From Macrostomum hystrix (Eukaryota; Animalia; Platyhelminthes), in NCBI GenBank assembly GCA_950097015.1, contig CATNEN010000039.1, forward strand, positions 18,972,001-19,036,000: 64,000 bases of DNA. The letters run 5' to 3'. The notes under the pieces were generated by a model, which saw nothing but the letters and a program-made list of their open reading frames with translations, did not search any database and was not told the DNA's origin. Numbering within the stretch: the first letter of the stretch is position 1; each line of letters starts with the position of its first letter. Shown piece by piece: positions 39,101 to 50,864 of the stretch. The position numbers and the translations under genes were made by a program.

Positions 39101-40418
39101 ATGGAGGCTGTAAAAATGGGAGATGAAGGCTGTAAACAGTGGGAGATGGAGGCTGTAAACAATGGGAGATGAAGGCTAGTGGGAGACGGAGGCTGTAAAC
39201 AGTGGGAGATGAAGGCTGTAAACAGTGGGAGATAAAGGCTGTAAACAGTGGGAGATAAAGGCTGTAAGCAGTGAGAGATGGAGGCTGTAAACAGTGGGAG
39301 ATAAAGGCTGTAAACAGAGGGAGATAAAGGCTGTAAACAGTGGGAGATAAAGGCTGTAAACAGAGGGAGATGAAGGCTGTAAACAGTGGGAGATGGAGGC
39401 TGTAAACAGTGGGAGATAAAGGCTGTAAACAGAGGGAGATGAAGGCTGTAAACAGTGGGAGATGGAGGCTGTAAACAATGGGAGATGAAGGCTGTAAACA
39501 GTGGGAGATGGAGGCTGTAAACAGTGGGAGATGGAGGCTGTAAACAGTGGGAGATAAAGGCTGTAAACAGAGGGAGATAAAGGCTGTAAACAGAGGGAGA
39601 TGAAGGCTGTAAACAGTGAGAGATGGAGGCTGTAAACAGTGGGAGATGGAGGCTGTAAACAATGGGAGATGAAGGCTGTAAACAGAGGGAGATGAAGGCT
39701 GTAAACAGTGGGAGATGGAGGCTGTAAACAGTGGGAGATGGAGGCTGTAAACAGTGGGAGATGAAGGCTGTGAACAGTGGGAGATGGAGGCTGTAAACAA
39801 TGGGAGATGAAGGCTGTAAACAGTGGGAGATAAAGGCTGTAAACAGAGGGAGATAAAGGCTGTAAACAGTGGGAGATAAAGGCTGTAAACAGAGGGAGAT
39901 GAAGGCTGTAAACAGAGGGAGATGAAGGCTGTAAACAGTGAGAGATGGAGGCTGTAAACAGTGGGAGATAAAGGCTGTAAACAGAGGGAGATAAAGTCTG
40001 TAAACAGAGGGAGATAAAGGCTGTAAACAGTGGGAGATGGAGGCTGTAAACAGTGGGAGATGAAGGCTGTAAACAGTGGGAGATGGAGGCTGTAAACAAT
40101 GGGAGATGAAGGCTGTAAACAGTGGGAGATGGAGGCTGTAAACAATGGGAGATGAAGGCTAGTGGGAGACGGAGGCTGTAAACAGTGGGAGATGAAGGCT
40201 GTAAACAGTGGGAGATAAAGGCTGTAAACAGTGGGAGATAAAGGCTGTAAACAGTGGGAGATAAAGGCTGTAAACAGAGGGAGATGAAGGCTGTAAACAG
40301 TGGGAGATGGAGGCAGTAAACAGCGGGAGATGGAGGCTGTAAACAGCGGGAGATGGAGGCTGTAAACAGCGGGAGTTGGAGGCTGTAAACAGCGGGAGAT
40401 GGAGACTGTAACACTGGG
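33184..40418. repeat. 7.2-kb 23-bp satellite (TAAACAGWGGGAGATRRAGGCTG)n with higher-order structure
   Basis: More than 300 monomers between two convergent gene 3' ends. Confidence 0.97.
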
Positions 40419-40950
40419 AACCAGTTGCGAACCAACAGTCAATCAGTTTGTTTGTAAAAGTATAGCATTATAGTTCCACATGACAAAGTGTTTCGTCATA
40501 AAAGTGTGTATATTTATATATATATATGATGTGGTGTCACGGAAACGACATAATATAGCTGACAAAGTGAGCCGAGATTCGAATCGGGAATAGAAAGTCG
40601 GAGTCTAACTTTGTGAATTTAGCAAGGTACTCTTATTCAATAAAAAGTCCATAGAAATATTCACGACAAAGAATAGGCGACTAGGATTTATAATTGAATT
40701 GCATGCAGCAAAGGCAAACAGCAAGATAAAATATAAACAAACAACAAATCTCGTAATGAGCATATTGGAAATCAGAAAATCAAAGAGGAAATTTGTATAT
40801 CAAGTCTTAATCGCAGATCTAAAGGCAATTAAAGTTGCTAAATATATATTTTTTAGATTAGGTAATATTTAATTGCTTCAGAATTTTTTTTGAAAAAATG
40901 TGCATCGTGATTACTTGTAAACCTTCTTAGTAGTGTGTAGCGAATTTGAT

Positions 40951-41424
40951 TCAAGCACTATTCGCAGACTCAAACAGGACCAGTTCATCACTAGTCGAAC
41001 TAGAAATTGCTCGCCCAACCTGGAATCGAACCTCTGACCTCTTGTCTGACTTCACGGCGATATAGTCGACGCCGATGCTGGAGCTGCCAGTTTCGGTAGC
41101 GAGTCCGACATGGGTCAGGCGGCCGAGGTCGAGAGCAGCCAGCCGACACTCTGTTGTTGCGTTGCCGCCTGCCAGACGCAGAAGACGACGAGCCGTGGAC
41201 TGTCGAGAGGAAGCGTCCCCTCCGAACAGCTTCAGCCAGAGTCGTCGACTAGAGCTGCTGTTGTCTTCCTTCAGCAGGACCAGCTTCACCGAATAGACAA
41301 CAGTCGGTAGGAGTAGTGACCCGGGCCAGTCCGCCTGAATCTCCAAACAATCGCACGGATGCAAGGATAGCGTCGCTACCTGGGACTCGAAAGCGTCCTG
41401 AGTGTCCAGGTCTTGGAATCCGAG
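40951..41424 (-). CDS. RP1/LOXHD1-like multi-PLAT locus, last exon
   Basis: Acceptor ATCCGCAG, 158 codons to TGA; degenerate PLAT (YSVKL...LKLFG...ALDLGRLTHVGL). Confidence 0.75.
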   Translation of the reverse strand, partial: LGFQDLDTQDAFESQVATLSLHPCDCLEIQADWPGSLLLPTVVYSVKLVLLKEDNSSSSRRLWLKLFGGDASSRQSTARRLLRLAGGNATTECRLAALDLGRLTHVGLATETGSSSIGVDYIAVKSDKRSEVRFQVGRAISSSTSDELVLFESANSA

Positions 41425-41509
41425 CTGCGGATTTGTCAGGGTTGGTTGTGGATTTCGAGGCTCAGGAAGCTCTTGATCGGAAGTGAAGTAACACAAAATG
41501 ATTCGCTGA

Positions 41510-41815
41510 TTGAAGACGTGCTGGTTAATGAGTGATGGCCTGAAGAAGTGATGGATAATGAGTGATGGCCTGAAGAAGTGATGGATAATGAGTGATGGCC
41601 TGAAGAAGTGATGGATAATGAGTGATGGCCTGAAGAAGTGATGGATAATGAGTGATGGCCTGAAGAAGTGATGGATAATGAGTGATGGCCTGAAGAAGTG
41701 ATGGTTAATGAGTGATGGCCTGAAAAAGTGCTGGTTAATGAGCCTGAAGAAGTGCTGGTTAATGAGTGATGGCCTGAAGAAGTGGTGGTTAATGAGCCTG
41801 AAATAGTGGTGGACA
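41510..41815. repeat. 30-bp minisatellite in a 399-bp in-frame intron
   Basis: (ATGAGTGATGGCCTGAAGAAGTGATGGATA)n; translates to HHFFRPSLII. Confidence 0.9.
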
Positions 41816-41823
41816 AAACTAAC

Positions 41824-43674
41824 CTTTTTGGGTCGCCACACAATCGCTCCTTCAGGTGCATTGTGCTCATCGGCGTCTGCATCCTCCAGAACCAGCCGAA
41901 CTTTGTACACCTCGTCAGAACAGTCTGGTGCATCGTCAAATTTTAATTCGAATTCTTCAATGCCGTTGCCAACAAAACCGGGTAGCTGCTGCCGGCTGGT
42001 CTCGCGGTCCTCCGCAGTGACGAGAGTCACCCAGACTGACGGCACACGGCTCGTTGGCACAGGGGAAGTCACCGCTTCTTCTGACTCGACGCGAACGCGC
42101 CAACGACCTTGAGACACAACGGGCTGGTCGTCGCCTGCGACGCCTCCGCCTCCGCCGAACTCAGGGAAGGCAGACACTGCGGCCAGGACGAAGCGGCTCT
42201 CCTTGCTGCCACGCAGCTGAGCGCTCTGGTTGCAGACGTAGGCAAAGCGGTTTCGCCTGTCCGGGATCAGCTGCAGCCGCGTGACTGTCAGGCGCTCCGA
42301 CGCCGGCGTCAGGGGCCGCGACTCCCGACTGGAATTCGGCCTTTTGGTGCTGTTCGCCTCCTCACGCGAGCGCGAAGTGGCCTCTTTATTTTCTGGCTTA
42401 GTTTCGTCATCTGACTCCGACTCGGAGTCGCTGTCCTCCCACAGGCTGATGGCGGACAGCCGTGGCAGTGCCGGATAGCGGAACGAGTACAAGCAGCGCT
42501 GCAGCGACTCGTCAGGCTCACCAAGCCGCTTCAACGGCGCAGCTGGAGCTTCCACTGCTGCAGCTGTGGAGCCACCGCCGCTGTTGGCATCGTCGTGGAC
42601 GTGCAGACGTACACGAAGACGTCGACTGGCTTGCAGTCTCTGCAACGGCTGAGCGTGAACGGCCAGCTGGTACTGCCGGTCAGCGATGGTTGCCCGATCC
42701 GTGGAATCCACCGCGGCTGTCAGAGTCGCCTGGATCTGCCGATCGCCCCAGGCCGTGTCCAGCCAGCGCTGACAGTTGAACCGCGCGTTGGCTGGCGCTG
42801 GATCGCGCCAGCTGATGCTGACGGTGTCAAGGTACACCCCTTGTCCACCGCCGCGCATCTCGTGACCCACGGTAACGGACTGAAGCTCGCCGACGGACAG
42901 GCAGCGAACGTTGCGCCAGACTGTCTGGCCGGGTGTCAGCTTGAGGTTCAACAGGCGAGCCGGAGCGGAAGATCCTAAATCACCGTGCAGCACAATTGTC
43001 ATGGAGTTTACGGCCGCTGATCCGCAGTTCCTAGCCGAGCCGATGCGCAAACCGACGCGATAGTCAAGCGACACGGCCTGCGGCACGCCCGGTCTGGGGG
43101 CGTTGAACTCCGCCCGCTGACCAGCCTCCAGCGTGCAGTCCAGAGGAAAGAAGAAATCAACCCGACGCTCCAAATCCGACAGCCGAAGCGAGGCCAGATT
43201 CAGCTGCTCCTCCGGTCGACGGGAGTCCAGCTGCAGCGAGATCTTGGTCAGGTCGCCGATGCCGCCAGAGCCAACTGACTGCAGGCGCAGCTGCGACCCC
43301 GGCATCGGGGGACTGCTGGGCTCGTGCAGCTGGTGCGGCCCACTGGCCCCGAGGGTTCCGTGCAGCGTCAAGGACAGGATGATCTCGCTTCCAGGTCCCG
43401 CAGTCGGCGAGGGTGACTGGGGCATCGGGGTCGAAGACGAAGTTGCCGCCTGTCCCAGCCGGAGGCTCACTCGATAGCGGCCGCTGCTGGCAGGGAAAGC
43501 GCAGCCACAGTCAACTCCGGTGTCGATTGCGGCTGTCAGTGCCGCTGACGCAGGCGCCTGCTGCGGCGGACCCAGCCGAATGACCGGCTGCTCAGCGCTC
43601 AGCCTGAAGGCATCACCGCTGCCACCGCCGAAGCTGAGATCGACAAGGTTGAACAGACCGGGTCGAACAAGCAC
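41824..43674 (-). CDS. Multi-PLAT locus exon (617 codons, several PLAT/LH2 domains)
   Basis: LTLHGTLGASG, IVLHGDLGSS, LSVGELQSVTVGH...GVYLDTV...FNCQRWLD; acceptor CTAACAG, donor AAG|GTTAGT. Confidence 0.85.
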
Positions 43675-43769
43675 CTGTTAGTGTTTGTGAGAATCAACAC
43701 TTCAGATTGCGAAGTTCACACCATCCATTATAACACCTGTTTGGGTCGTACTTAAACCTGCACGCTCAC

Positions 43770-44621
43770 CTGCTCAATCTGCCACTGTTCATCGTCGTCA
43801 TTATCGCGTTTTCCCCCGCCATTTGGGGCCCTCGTGGCATCAGACGGAGAAGCCAATCTCGTCGTATTTGAGCTATCGTCGCCGGCGTGATCGTCAGCGG
43901 CTAGGCTGAGCCGCACCCCAGTCAGCCAGCCGAGGTGAACGCTGCGAAACTGAAACGCATGCACCTCCGAGTTGGCAGGATCAACAGAAGCAGTCGCCGT
44001 AGCGTCTGATGCCGCCGCCGTCCGCAGGTATTTCCCGGCCAGCGTGTTGCTCAACAGGCGAGCTCCGCTACTGAAGCCGCCGCGTCCTTCAATCTCCAAC
44101 CGGAGGCGTCTGATCCGACGGCGCTGCCTCGAGCCGCCGAAGCAACGACAACGAAGCCCAACGTAGTAGTCCACATGACGCAGGCTTGGCGCTAGTGAGA
44201 CGTCCAGGCAGCTGCTGTGACCGAAACGGAACCTCGGCCAACGACGCAGCGCTGCGTTCACCGTGTTGATGGCTGTCTCTAGCCAGTTCCCCGCCGAGCG
44301 CAGCGTCAGGCCGGCCAGCTCCCAGTCGGCGGCTTCCGACTCCACCTCCAGACGAATGAAGGCCAGCCGGCCGACGCCGGACAGGTCCAGGGAGAACTCG
44401 GACTCCTGGCCGGGTGAGAACTCGCGGCCGGACTCTCTCACTGTTAGGCGCTGCATCTCCGAGCGGCCTTTGGCGCCGAAGCACGTCACCAGGACCGGGC
44501 CGTGGAAGGTGGCGGAGCTGCCGCGCCCAGTGCGAAGACGGAGAACAGCCGAACCGGCCAAGCCATCCACCTGGGGCTCCGTCTCGCTGCGATGCAGCAG
44601 CTCTGGCGAGTCCAAATACAC
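43770..44621 (-). CDS. Multi-PLAT locus exon
   Basis: VTCFGAKGRSE...FSPGQESEFSLDLSGVGRLAFIRL; RSVHLGWLTGVRL; phase 0/0. Confidence 0.85.
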
Positions 44622-44885
44622 CTGCCATTTTTGTCAGGAAACACAAGGCTCTAAACTTTAAGATTGAGCCATCACCTTAGTCTCTTACGTCGAGTTCCCG
44701 CATTTCTCAATAAGAGCCTTATTTCCTCACCTGAGTCTAATTTCCTCACCTGAGTCTAATTTCCTCACCTGAGTCTAATTTAACTCAACAGAGTCTTTAT
44801 TTTCTTATCTGGGTCTAATTTCATACCGGAGTCCAATTTGCTCACCTGAGTCGCAATTTTATCACCCGAGTCTAGTTTTTCTCAC

Positions 44886-45009
44886 CTGAGTCTGTCCCAT
44901 GGAGCTCTCAAGCCAGCGACTGCACGGAAAGGTAAACAAAAGATCGGTGCCCTGCTCGCACACAGCTAGACGATCTAGCCAGATTCCAGAACCAGCTCTG
45001 GCAGCTGAC

Positions 45010-45056
<47 letters not shown>

Positions 45057-45512
45057 ACCCAGCAGCAAGCCAAACTTCACGGCTCTAATTGTACCTAGGC
45101 CAGTGGACTCAAGTTGAAACACTCGCGTAACGCCATGAGCAAACCAGCCAGCCTCGTTAGCAGTCGAATTCAACAGCAGCGCGCGCCTTCCCGAGTTGCT
45201 TTTCTCGCCGTGCAGGTCAACAAAAAAGTCGGCATCGCTGCAGCTGCCAAACTCTTGGCCCGGACGAATGTAAACAAAATAGTAGCGAAGAGAATCGCCT
45301 CGCAGCAGCGGGATCTCTTTGCAGAGCACGGAGTCGGGCTCGCGACCGAATCGACAGTTCAGGTCGGCTGTCACCACTGCCGTGCCATCCGCTTGAGCAG
45401 TATTAATCAGGCTGATCGACCGGACCAGAAAGTTGTCCCACCGATGATCGGCCTGAGCTGACAGGCGCACTTTGGACAATTGGCCAACATTTGATAGGCG
45501 CAGATTAAATGT
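44886..45512 (-). CDS. Multi-PLAT locus exon with a poly-Gln insertion
   Basis: NVGQLSKVRL, VDLHGEKSNSGRR, GIWLDRL...FPCSRWL; phase 0/0. Confidence 0.85.
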
Positions 45513-46135
45513 CTGAGGGTGTTGGTTGGTTGGCCTATGACTGTTTGAGCGATGACAAAAGCGGTTTGATGACATTGTGAATTGTTCTCTCTGAGTATAG
45601 TTCACAAATTCAAGGCAACAGACAGACTCGCAAAATATGTCCTTGAGCGAGACCCAGCTGTAAAATACATTTGGGTATATCTACCACCGATTTTCCATCT
45701 GTTGTGAATCATGCCCTATGCACTTTTCAGCCCTTGCTCCCTCTTACCCTGCCTAGTGCTATTTTCTCTTACCCGCTTTACTCTGTGATTGGTTGTACGC
45801 CTCTCTTGCTCGCACCAACCCCCGGCCGCCCCCTTACCACCCTTTCCAGTAACAGTTCGCTGGTGTGATGTCTGCGCTTTTAGATGTCTATGGCCACCCT
45901 AGGCGCAGGATTTGACTCCTGAACTGCGATGCGGTTCCCCTCATAGCGAGAGCTAGGGTACCCGCCAAACATTTCTTCACAGTGTGCTCTTTACTTCATT
46001 CTTTACGAACTTTTCTCCGTGGATACAAGCCCGGAAGAGCGTTCATAGTGTCGACGGTCGGTAGAGTTACTGCCACTACCTCTTATGACCATCCCGGTCT
46101 CCGAGTGCCTTTACATCTACTTCATCATCGCTCAC

Positions 46136-46671
46136 CTGTCGTTCTCCGCGGCGCAACAGCCGGCCAGCATCCGGGTTGAGGCAGACGTCCCTAGTGTGGC
46201 CGCGGTCGCCGTAGAGCGCCAGAAACAGCTGGCCGGTTTGATAAGCTCCGGACTCAGGCGAGACGTCCAGCTCCAGTTGCCAGTCGACGGGGCGCAGGGC
46301 TTCAATAGACTCGTCTGGGCCGAGTGGCTTCAAAGTGACGGACGTCTGCGTCGGATAGAGCTCCAGGCTGTTGCAGAAGCGCCACTGCCTTCCAGATTCC
46401 GAGCTCCGGTCGCCGTCTTCTTCAACAATTACCAAGTCGAAGATCCAAGCGTCCGCATCTGTTGGCGACTCGAGGCCGACTCGAACCCAGGACAGCTCGC
46501 CTAGGCTGACGCAGCTGAGAACAAAGACCGCCGAAGTGCCCATGGTGGCAACGCCCGGACGGTACAGATGGCGGGGGCCCGAGTCGCCACCGCTGCCGCA
46601 AAGCTGGAGAAATGGACGCGACGACGGGCCCGGAGTTCGCTGGCTGGAAATGCTGACTCGGTAGGTCACAA
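46136..46671 (-). CDS. Multi-PLAT locus exon
   Basis: YRVSI...LCGSGGDSGPRHL...VSLGELSWVRVG; LALYGDRGHT; phase 1/0. Confidence 0.85.
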
Positions 46672-46987
46672 CTAGAGGTAGAGAGAGTTGCGGGCGAGCG
46701 ACTGGCGGGCGAATATCGATCCATTATAGAGTGGTTGAAACTTTATTCGAAATACACGAGCGATACTAACTATCATCCAAGACTATGGGGTTTTTCAACT
46801 ATCCACGTTTTGTATTTTTTCTCTATCTCCTCAAATATTTACCCAATGGCCATGAAAATAAGGATAAGGTGGACTTTCACGAAAAATCTGTCATTTAGTT
46901 TGGGAGCTATCGAGAAGTAGCAGTGAGTATTTGAATTACGTGGTCTTTCCCTCAGTGGGAAAAATAGCGCGGTATGCGAAAACTCAC

Positions 46988-47111
46988 CTGACAGATCCTC
47001 GATCAGCGGCACCTCGTGCACCACCTCAAAGGGCTCGCGAAGACGCGAGAACCAGCGATTCACCGGGCACCGCAGCAGCTCGAAGTCCGGCGTCAGGTGC
47101 TCCAAGGTGAT
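46988..47111 (-). CDS. Multi-PLAT locus exon
   Basis: ITLEHL...CPVNRWFSR..EVVHEVP, a PLAT C-terminal end; phase 0/1. Confidence 0.82.
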
Positions 47112-47189
47112 CTGCGAGGAGTGCGGCTTTTGCTTGAATTGTCACTGAGGCCAGGAGCTCACCTCACTAAGTCACTGAGTTTCTGCCCC

Positions 47190-47611
47190 TAGACCACCCT
47201 ACCTTCCCTATATAGATCACCCTATAATCTCCCCTAGATCACCCTACTCTCCCTCCCTAGATCACTCTGACATCCCTTCCTAGATCACTCTCTACCATCT
47301 TATCCTCCCTAGATCACTCTACCATCCCTCTCTAGATTACTCAATCATTCTACCATCTCTTCCTAGATCACTCTGCCCTTCTACCATCCCTCTCTAGATC
47401 ACTCATCCATTCTACCATCCCTCTCTAGATCACTCCGCCATTCTACCATCCCTCTCTAGATCACTCTGCCATTCTACCATCCCTCTCTAGATCACTCCGC
47501 CATTCTACCATCCCTCTCTAGATCACTCCGCCATTCTACCATCCCTCTCTTGATCACTCTGCCATTCTACCACCCCTCTCTTGATCACTCTGCCATTCTA
47601 CCACCCCTCCC
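47190..47611. repeat. 31-bp intronic minisatellite (CTAGATCACTCYGCCATTCTACCATCCCTCT)n
   Basis: Begins about 12 nt from the donor at 47623 and degenerates away from it. Confidence 0.85.
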
Positions 47612-47623
47612 AAGATGCCTCAC

Positions 47624-47877
47624 CTCCTTGACAAACCACTCGTCGTCGGCGGTGTCAGACATCTGCAGTCGCAGTTTGTAGGGCTCCCCAATGCTGCTCC
47701 TGATTAGCTGCAGTGGGAATTCCATGTCGCACTCTGGAAACAGCCGCAGTCTCTGCTTGGCCGTTTTGATTTGGTACAGGTCTGACTCGCCTCGATCACC
47801 GCAGACGACTAAGCTGATCTCAGTGTCTGGCTGACAGCCCTGCTCACCGCTGCTCACTGTCAGCCTCCAATTGCTGT
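47624..47877 (-). CDS. Multi-PLAT locus exon
   Basis: WRLTVSSG...SLVVCGDRGESD...IGEPYKLRL...WFVKE; phase 1/0. Confidence 0.85.
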
Positions 47878-48299
47878 CTAAAAATCAATTTTTCATATAA
47901 GGTTAACAAACAACAAACATTAATCTAAATTAACTTGTTAACAAAAGTTCAGAAAATAAAAGCAGCAACACAGCCAGCGATTACAGTGTGTTGTGAAGAA
48001 TCGAACTGTCTATGGTTAATCTTGGCACTACATCGACAGTGCACAACAATGGCCAAAGCGAATAAACTTTATTTTCAAAAAAACTCTTGCCTTACTACTA
48101 CTTACTACTTACGTACTTATCGGCAGCAAAACTAATCATAAAACTAACATACTATAGATAATTAACTACTATTTAGGTGCATATATTAGTAAAACGAATT
48201 TTTTATTTCATAATTCTTCAAAAAAAAGGTTTTCTGGATCCCATCTAAAATTCAAGCTTTGGATTTTGACCCAAATTGTAAATTCACGCTTAAAATTCC

Positions 48300-49520
48300 T
48301 GCTACGATTCTTCAACGATCCCTACTGGGATTCGAGCTTCGATTCTTGCTGCGATTCTAGCCACGTTTCTTGCTACGATTCCTGCTGCGATTCGAGCTAC
48401 GATTCCTGCTGCGATTCGAGCTGCGATTCCTGCTGCGATTCCTGCTGCGATTCCTGCTGCGATTCCTGCTGCGATTCGAGCTACGATTCCTGCTGCGATT
48501 CGAGCTGCGATTCCTGCTGCGATTCGAGCTTCGATTCTTGCTGCGATTCTAGCCACGTTTCTTGCTACGATTCCTGCTGCGATTCGAGCTGCGATTCCTG
48601 CTGCGATTCGAGCTGCGATTCCTGCTGCGATTCCTGCTGCGATTCCTGCTGCGATTCCTGCTGCGATTCCTGCTGCGATTCGAGCTACGATTCCTGCTGC
48701 GATTCGAGCTGCGATTCCTGCTGCGATTCTAGCCACGTTTCTTGCTACGATTCCTGCTGCGATTCGAGCTACGATTCCTGCTGCGATTCGAGCTGCGATT
48801 CCTGCTGCGATTCCTGCTGCGATTCCTGCTGCGATTCGAGCTGCGATTCCTGCTGCGATTCCTGCTGCGATTCCTGCTGCGATTCCTGCTGCGATTCGAG
48901 CTGCGATTCCTGCTGCGATTCGAGCTACGATTCCTGCTGCGATTCGAGCTACGATTCCTGCTGCGATTCGAGCTGCGATTCCTGCTGCGATTCGAGCTGC
49001 GATTCGAGCTGCGATTCGAGCTGCGATTCGAGCTGCGATTCGAGCTGCGATTCGAGCTGCGATTCCTGCTGCGATTCGAGCTGCGATTCCTGCTGCGATT
49101 CGAGCTACGATTCCTGCTGCGATTCCTGCTGCGATTCGAGCTGCGATTCCTGCTGCGATTCTAGCCACGTTTCTTGCTACGATTCCTGCTGCGATTCGAG
49201 CTACGATTCCTGCTGCGATTCGAGCTGCGATTCCTGCTGCGATTCCTGCTGCGATTCCTGCTGCGATTCCTGCTGCGATTCGAGCTACGATTCCTGCTGC
49301 GATTCGAGCTGCGATTCCTGCTGCGATTCTAGCCACGTTTCTTGCTACGATTCCTGCTGCGATTCGAGCTACGATTCCTGCTGCGATTCGAGCTGCGATT
49401 CCTGCTGCGATTCCTGCTACGGTTCTAGTCACGTTTCTTGCTATTATTCCTGCTACGATTCTAGCCACGTTTCTTGCTACGATTCCTGCTGCGATTCTAG
49501 CCACGATTCTAGCCGTCATT
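48300..49520. repeat. 12-bp intronic minisatellite (GATTCCTGCTGC / GATTCGAGCTGC)n
   Basis: About 100 units with a recurring variant block CTAGCCACGTTTCTTGCTAC. Confidence 0.95.
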
Positions 49521-49780
49521 CCTGTTACATTTTCTACAGCGATTCAAAAAAGTTAAGCATCTAACTAAGAATTCACACCTGGCTCACACCTGGCATAAAA
49601 ACAGTGGCGATTCTCGATTCCAGTTGCGATTCCAGCTCTAGGCTACGTTAGCACTTAAACTATAGCTATAAAACGAAGCTTGTGTCCAAAGTGTTCAAAG
49701 CTTTTGGACAAAGCGCATGCTTTCAAGTGTCTAAAATAACATAAAATTAACATCGTATTAGCACAACAACTACGATTTAC

Positions 49781-49807
49781 CTTTTAAGTGTGGCGTCATT
49801 TTTTGTC
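49781..49807 (-). CDS. 27-nt phase-1 micro-exon containing an in-frame ATG (49799); internal exon or first exon of a downstream cistron
   Basis: CTAGCAG|GACAAAAAATGACGCCACACTTAAAAG|GTAAAT; splices in frame to 47877. Confidence 0.5.
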
Positions 49808-50021
49808 CTGCTAGTCGACTGCGATTATTTATTGTAAGCTATATACTTGATTCTCTTTCTTGATTATTTTATTTCTTGTCTAAATAAAAAAGCTGAATAA
49901 TATAATAAAACGCCTGCATTTTCACACTAAAAATCCAATGAGAAGAAAGAAGAAGACTAGAAAAAAAGATTTAATTCTTATCTTCCGCTATAAAAGTTTT
50001 AATTTTAAATAGAAAGTCGCC

Positions 50022-50038
50022 TCATTGGCCAGCTGGTT
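50022..50038 (-). CDS. Candidate alternative terminal exon (EPAGQ*)
   Basis: Strong acceptor TTTTCTCTTCAG; phase 1 gives TGA at 50024-50022; AATAAA on the minus strand at 49873-49868 and 49833-49828. Confidence 0.45.
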
Positions 50039-50175
50039 CTGAAGAGAAAATTAAGGATAACAGCACCAACAGTTATGAAAGCTAATTTGTATAGCTTGAA
50101 AATTACCAAAACATAAACAGAGCTGTACACTACACTACTGTCAAATTAGTATAAGTAGGCTGCTTCGCAACTTAC

Positions 50176-50205
50176 CAGACTTTTTCTCGGAACCTGCCGA
50201 ATTGC
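50176..50205 (-). CDS. 30-nt symmetric phase-1 micro-exon (GNSAGSEKKS)
   Basis: CTTTTCAG|...TCTG|GTAAGT, open in frame. Confidence 0.6.
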
Positions 50206-50864
50206 CTGAAAAGGAATTTGGGAAATTAATTAAAAAACCGGTCACATTACTTTTGACTACTAAAGAGTTACAAAGAGAAGAAAATAATTTAAAAATATGC
50301 AATGCAGTTAGTAGTAAAAGATATAGAGAGGCTCATTTTAAACAAAAAGCATTGTTGTATAAAGTTGTTTTGCAAATTGTAATGCACAAAATAAAACTAT
50401 TATATGTTCACAAATAAACTACTGAAAACTTTTGAGATTAGTTGTATTTAAGATCGTTGAGATTTGTGTAGTATAGGATTCAACATAAAAATTGCTTTAG
50501 CTAATAGTTAAAATTCATGTTTTATGTTTAAAAAATTGTTTTTAAACTACTACTGCTACGATAAACTTTTTTGTTTTAAATTGGCCTAAAAATCTATCGG
50601 GTGTTCAAAAGCATTTTTTCGTTTGGATATTTTAGCACCGATTTAAAGTCAGTTTCGATAATAAAAAAGTTCAAAATGAAATTTCATTTAATTCAGAATT
50701 TAGCCAAATTACGAATATTACTACGAGCTAAAATTTAACAGTCAAGACAGCAAGAAAAATAATTAAATCAATTTTAAGAGGTTAGACTTTAGACAAGTCT
50801 AGAATGTCAGAGAGGTGACTGGAAAAATACAAACAAATAAGGATGGTGGAGTCCAGCTCATTAC

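Noticed and set aside
33086-40442. Many long minus-strand ORFs (MFTASISHCLQP..., up to 790 aa)
   Set aside because: Translations of the 23-bp satellite; the unit lacks stops on that strand and the same peptide cycles through all three frames.
45820-45975. GC-rich structured-looking intronic segment considered as an HDV-like ribozyme or retroelement end
   Set aside because: The required pairings could not be assembled by eye; a covariance-model search would be needed.
48266-49564. 432-aa Cys-rich (CCDS)n ORF resembling metallothionein or keratin-associated proteins
   Set aside because: A 12-bp intronic minisatellite open in several frames on both strands, with no ATG start or signal peptide.
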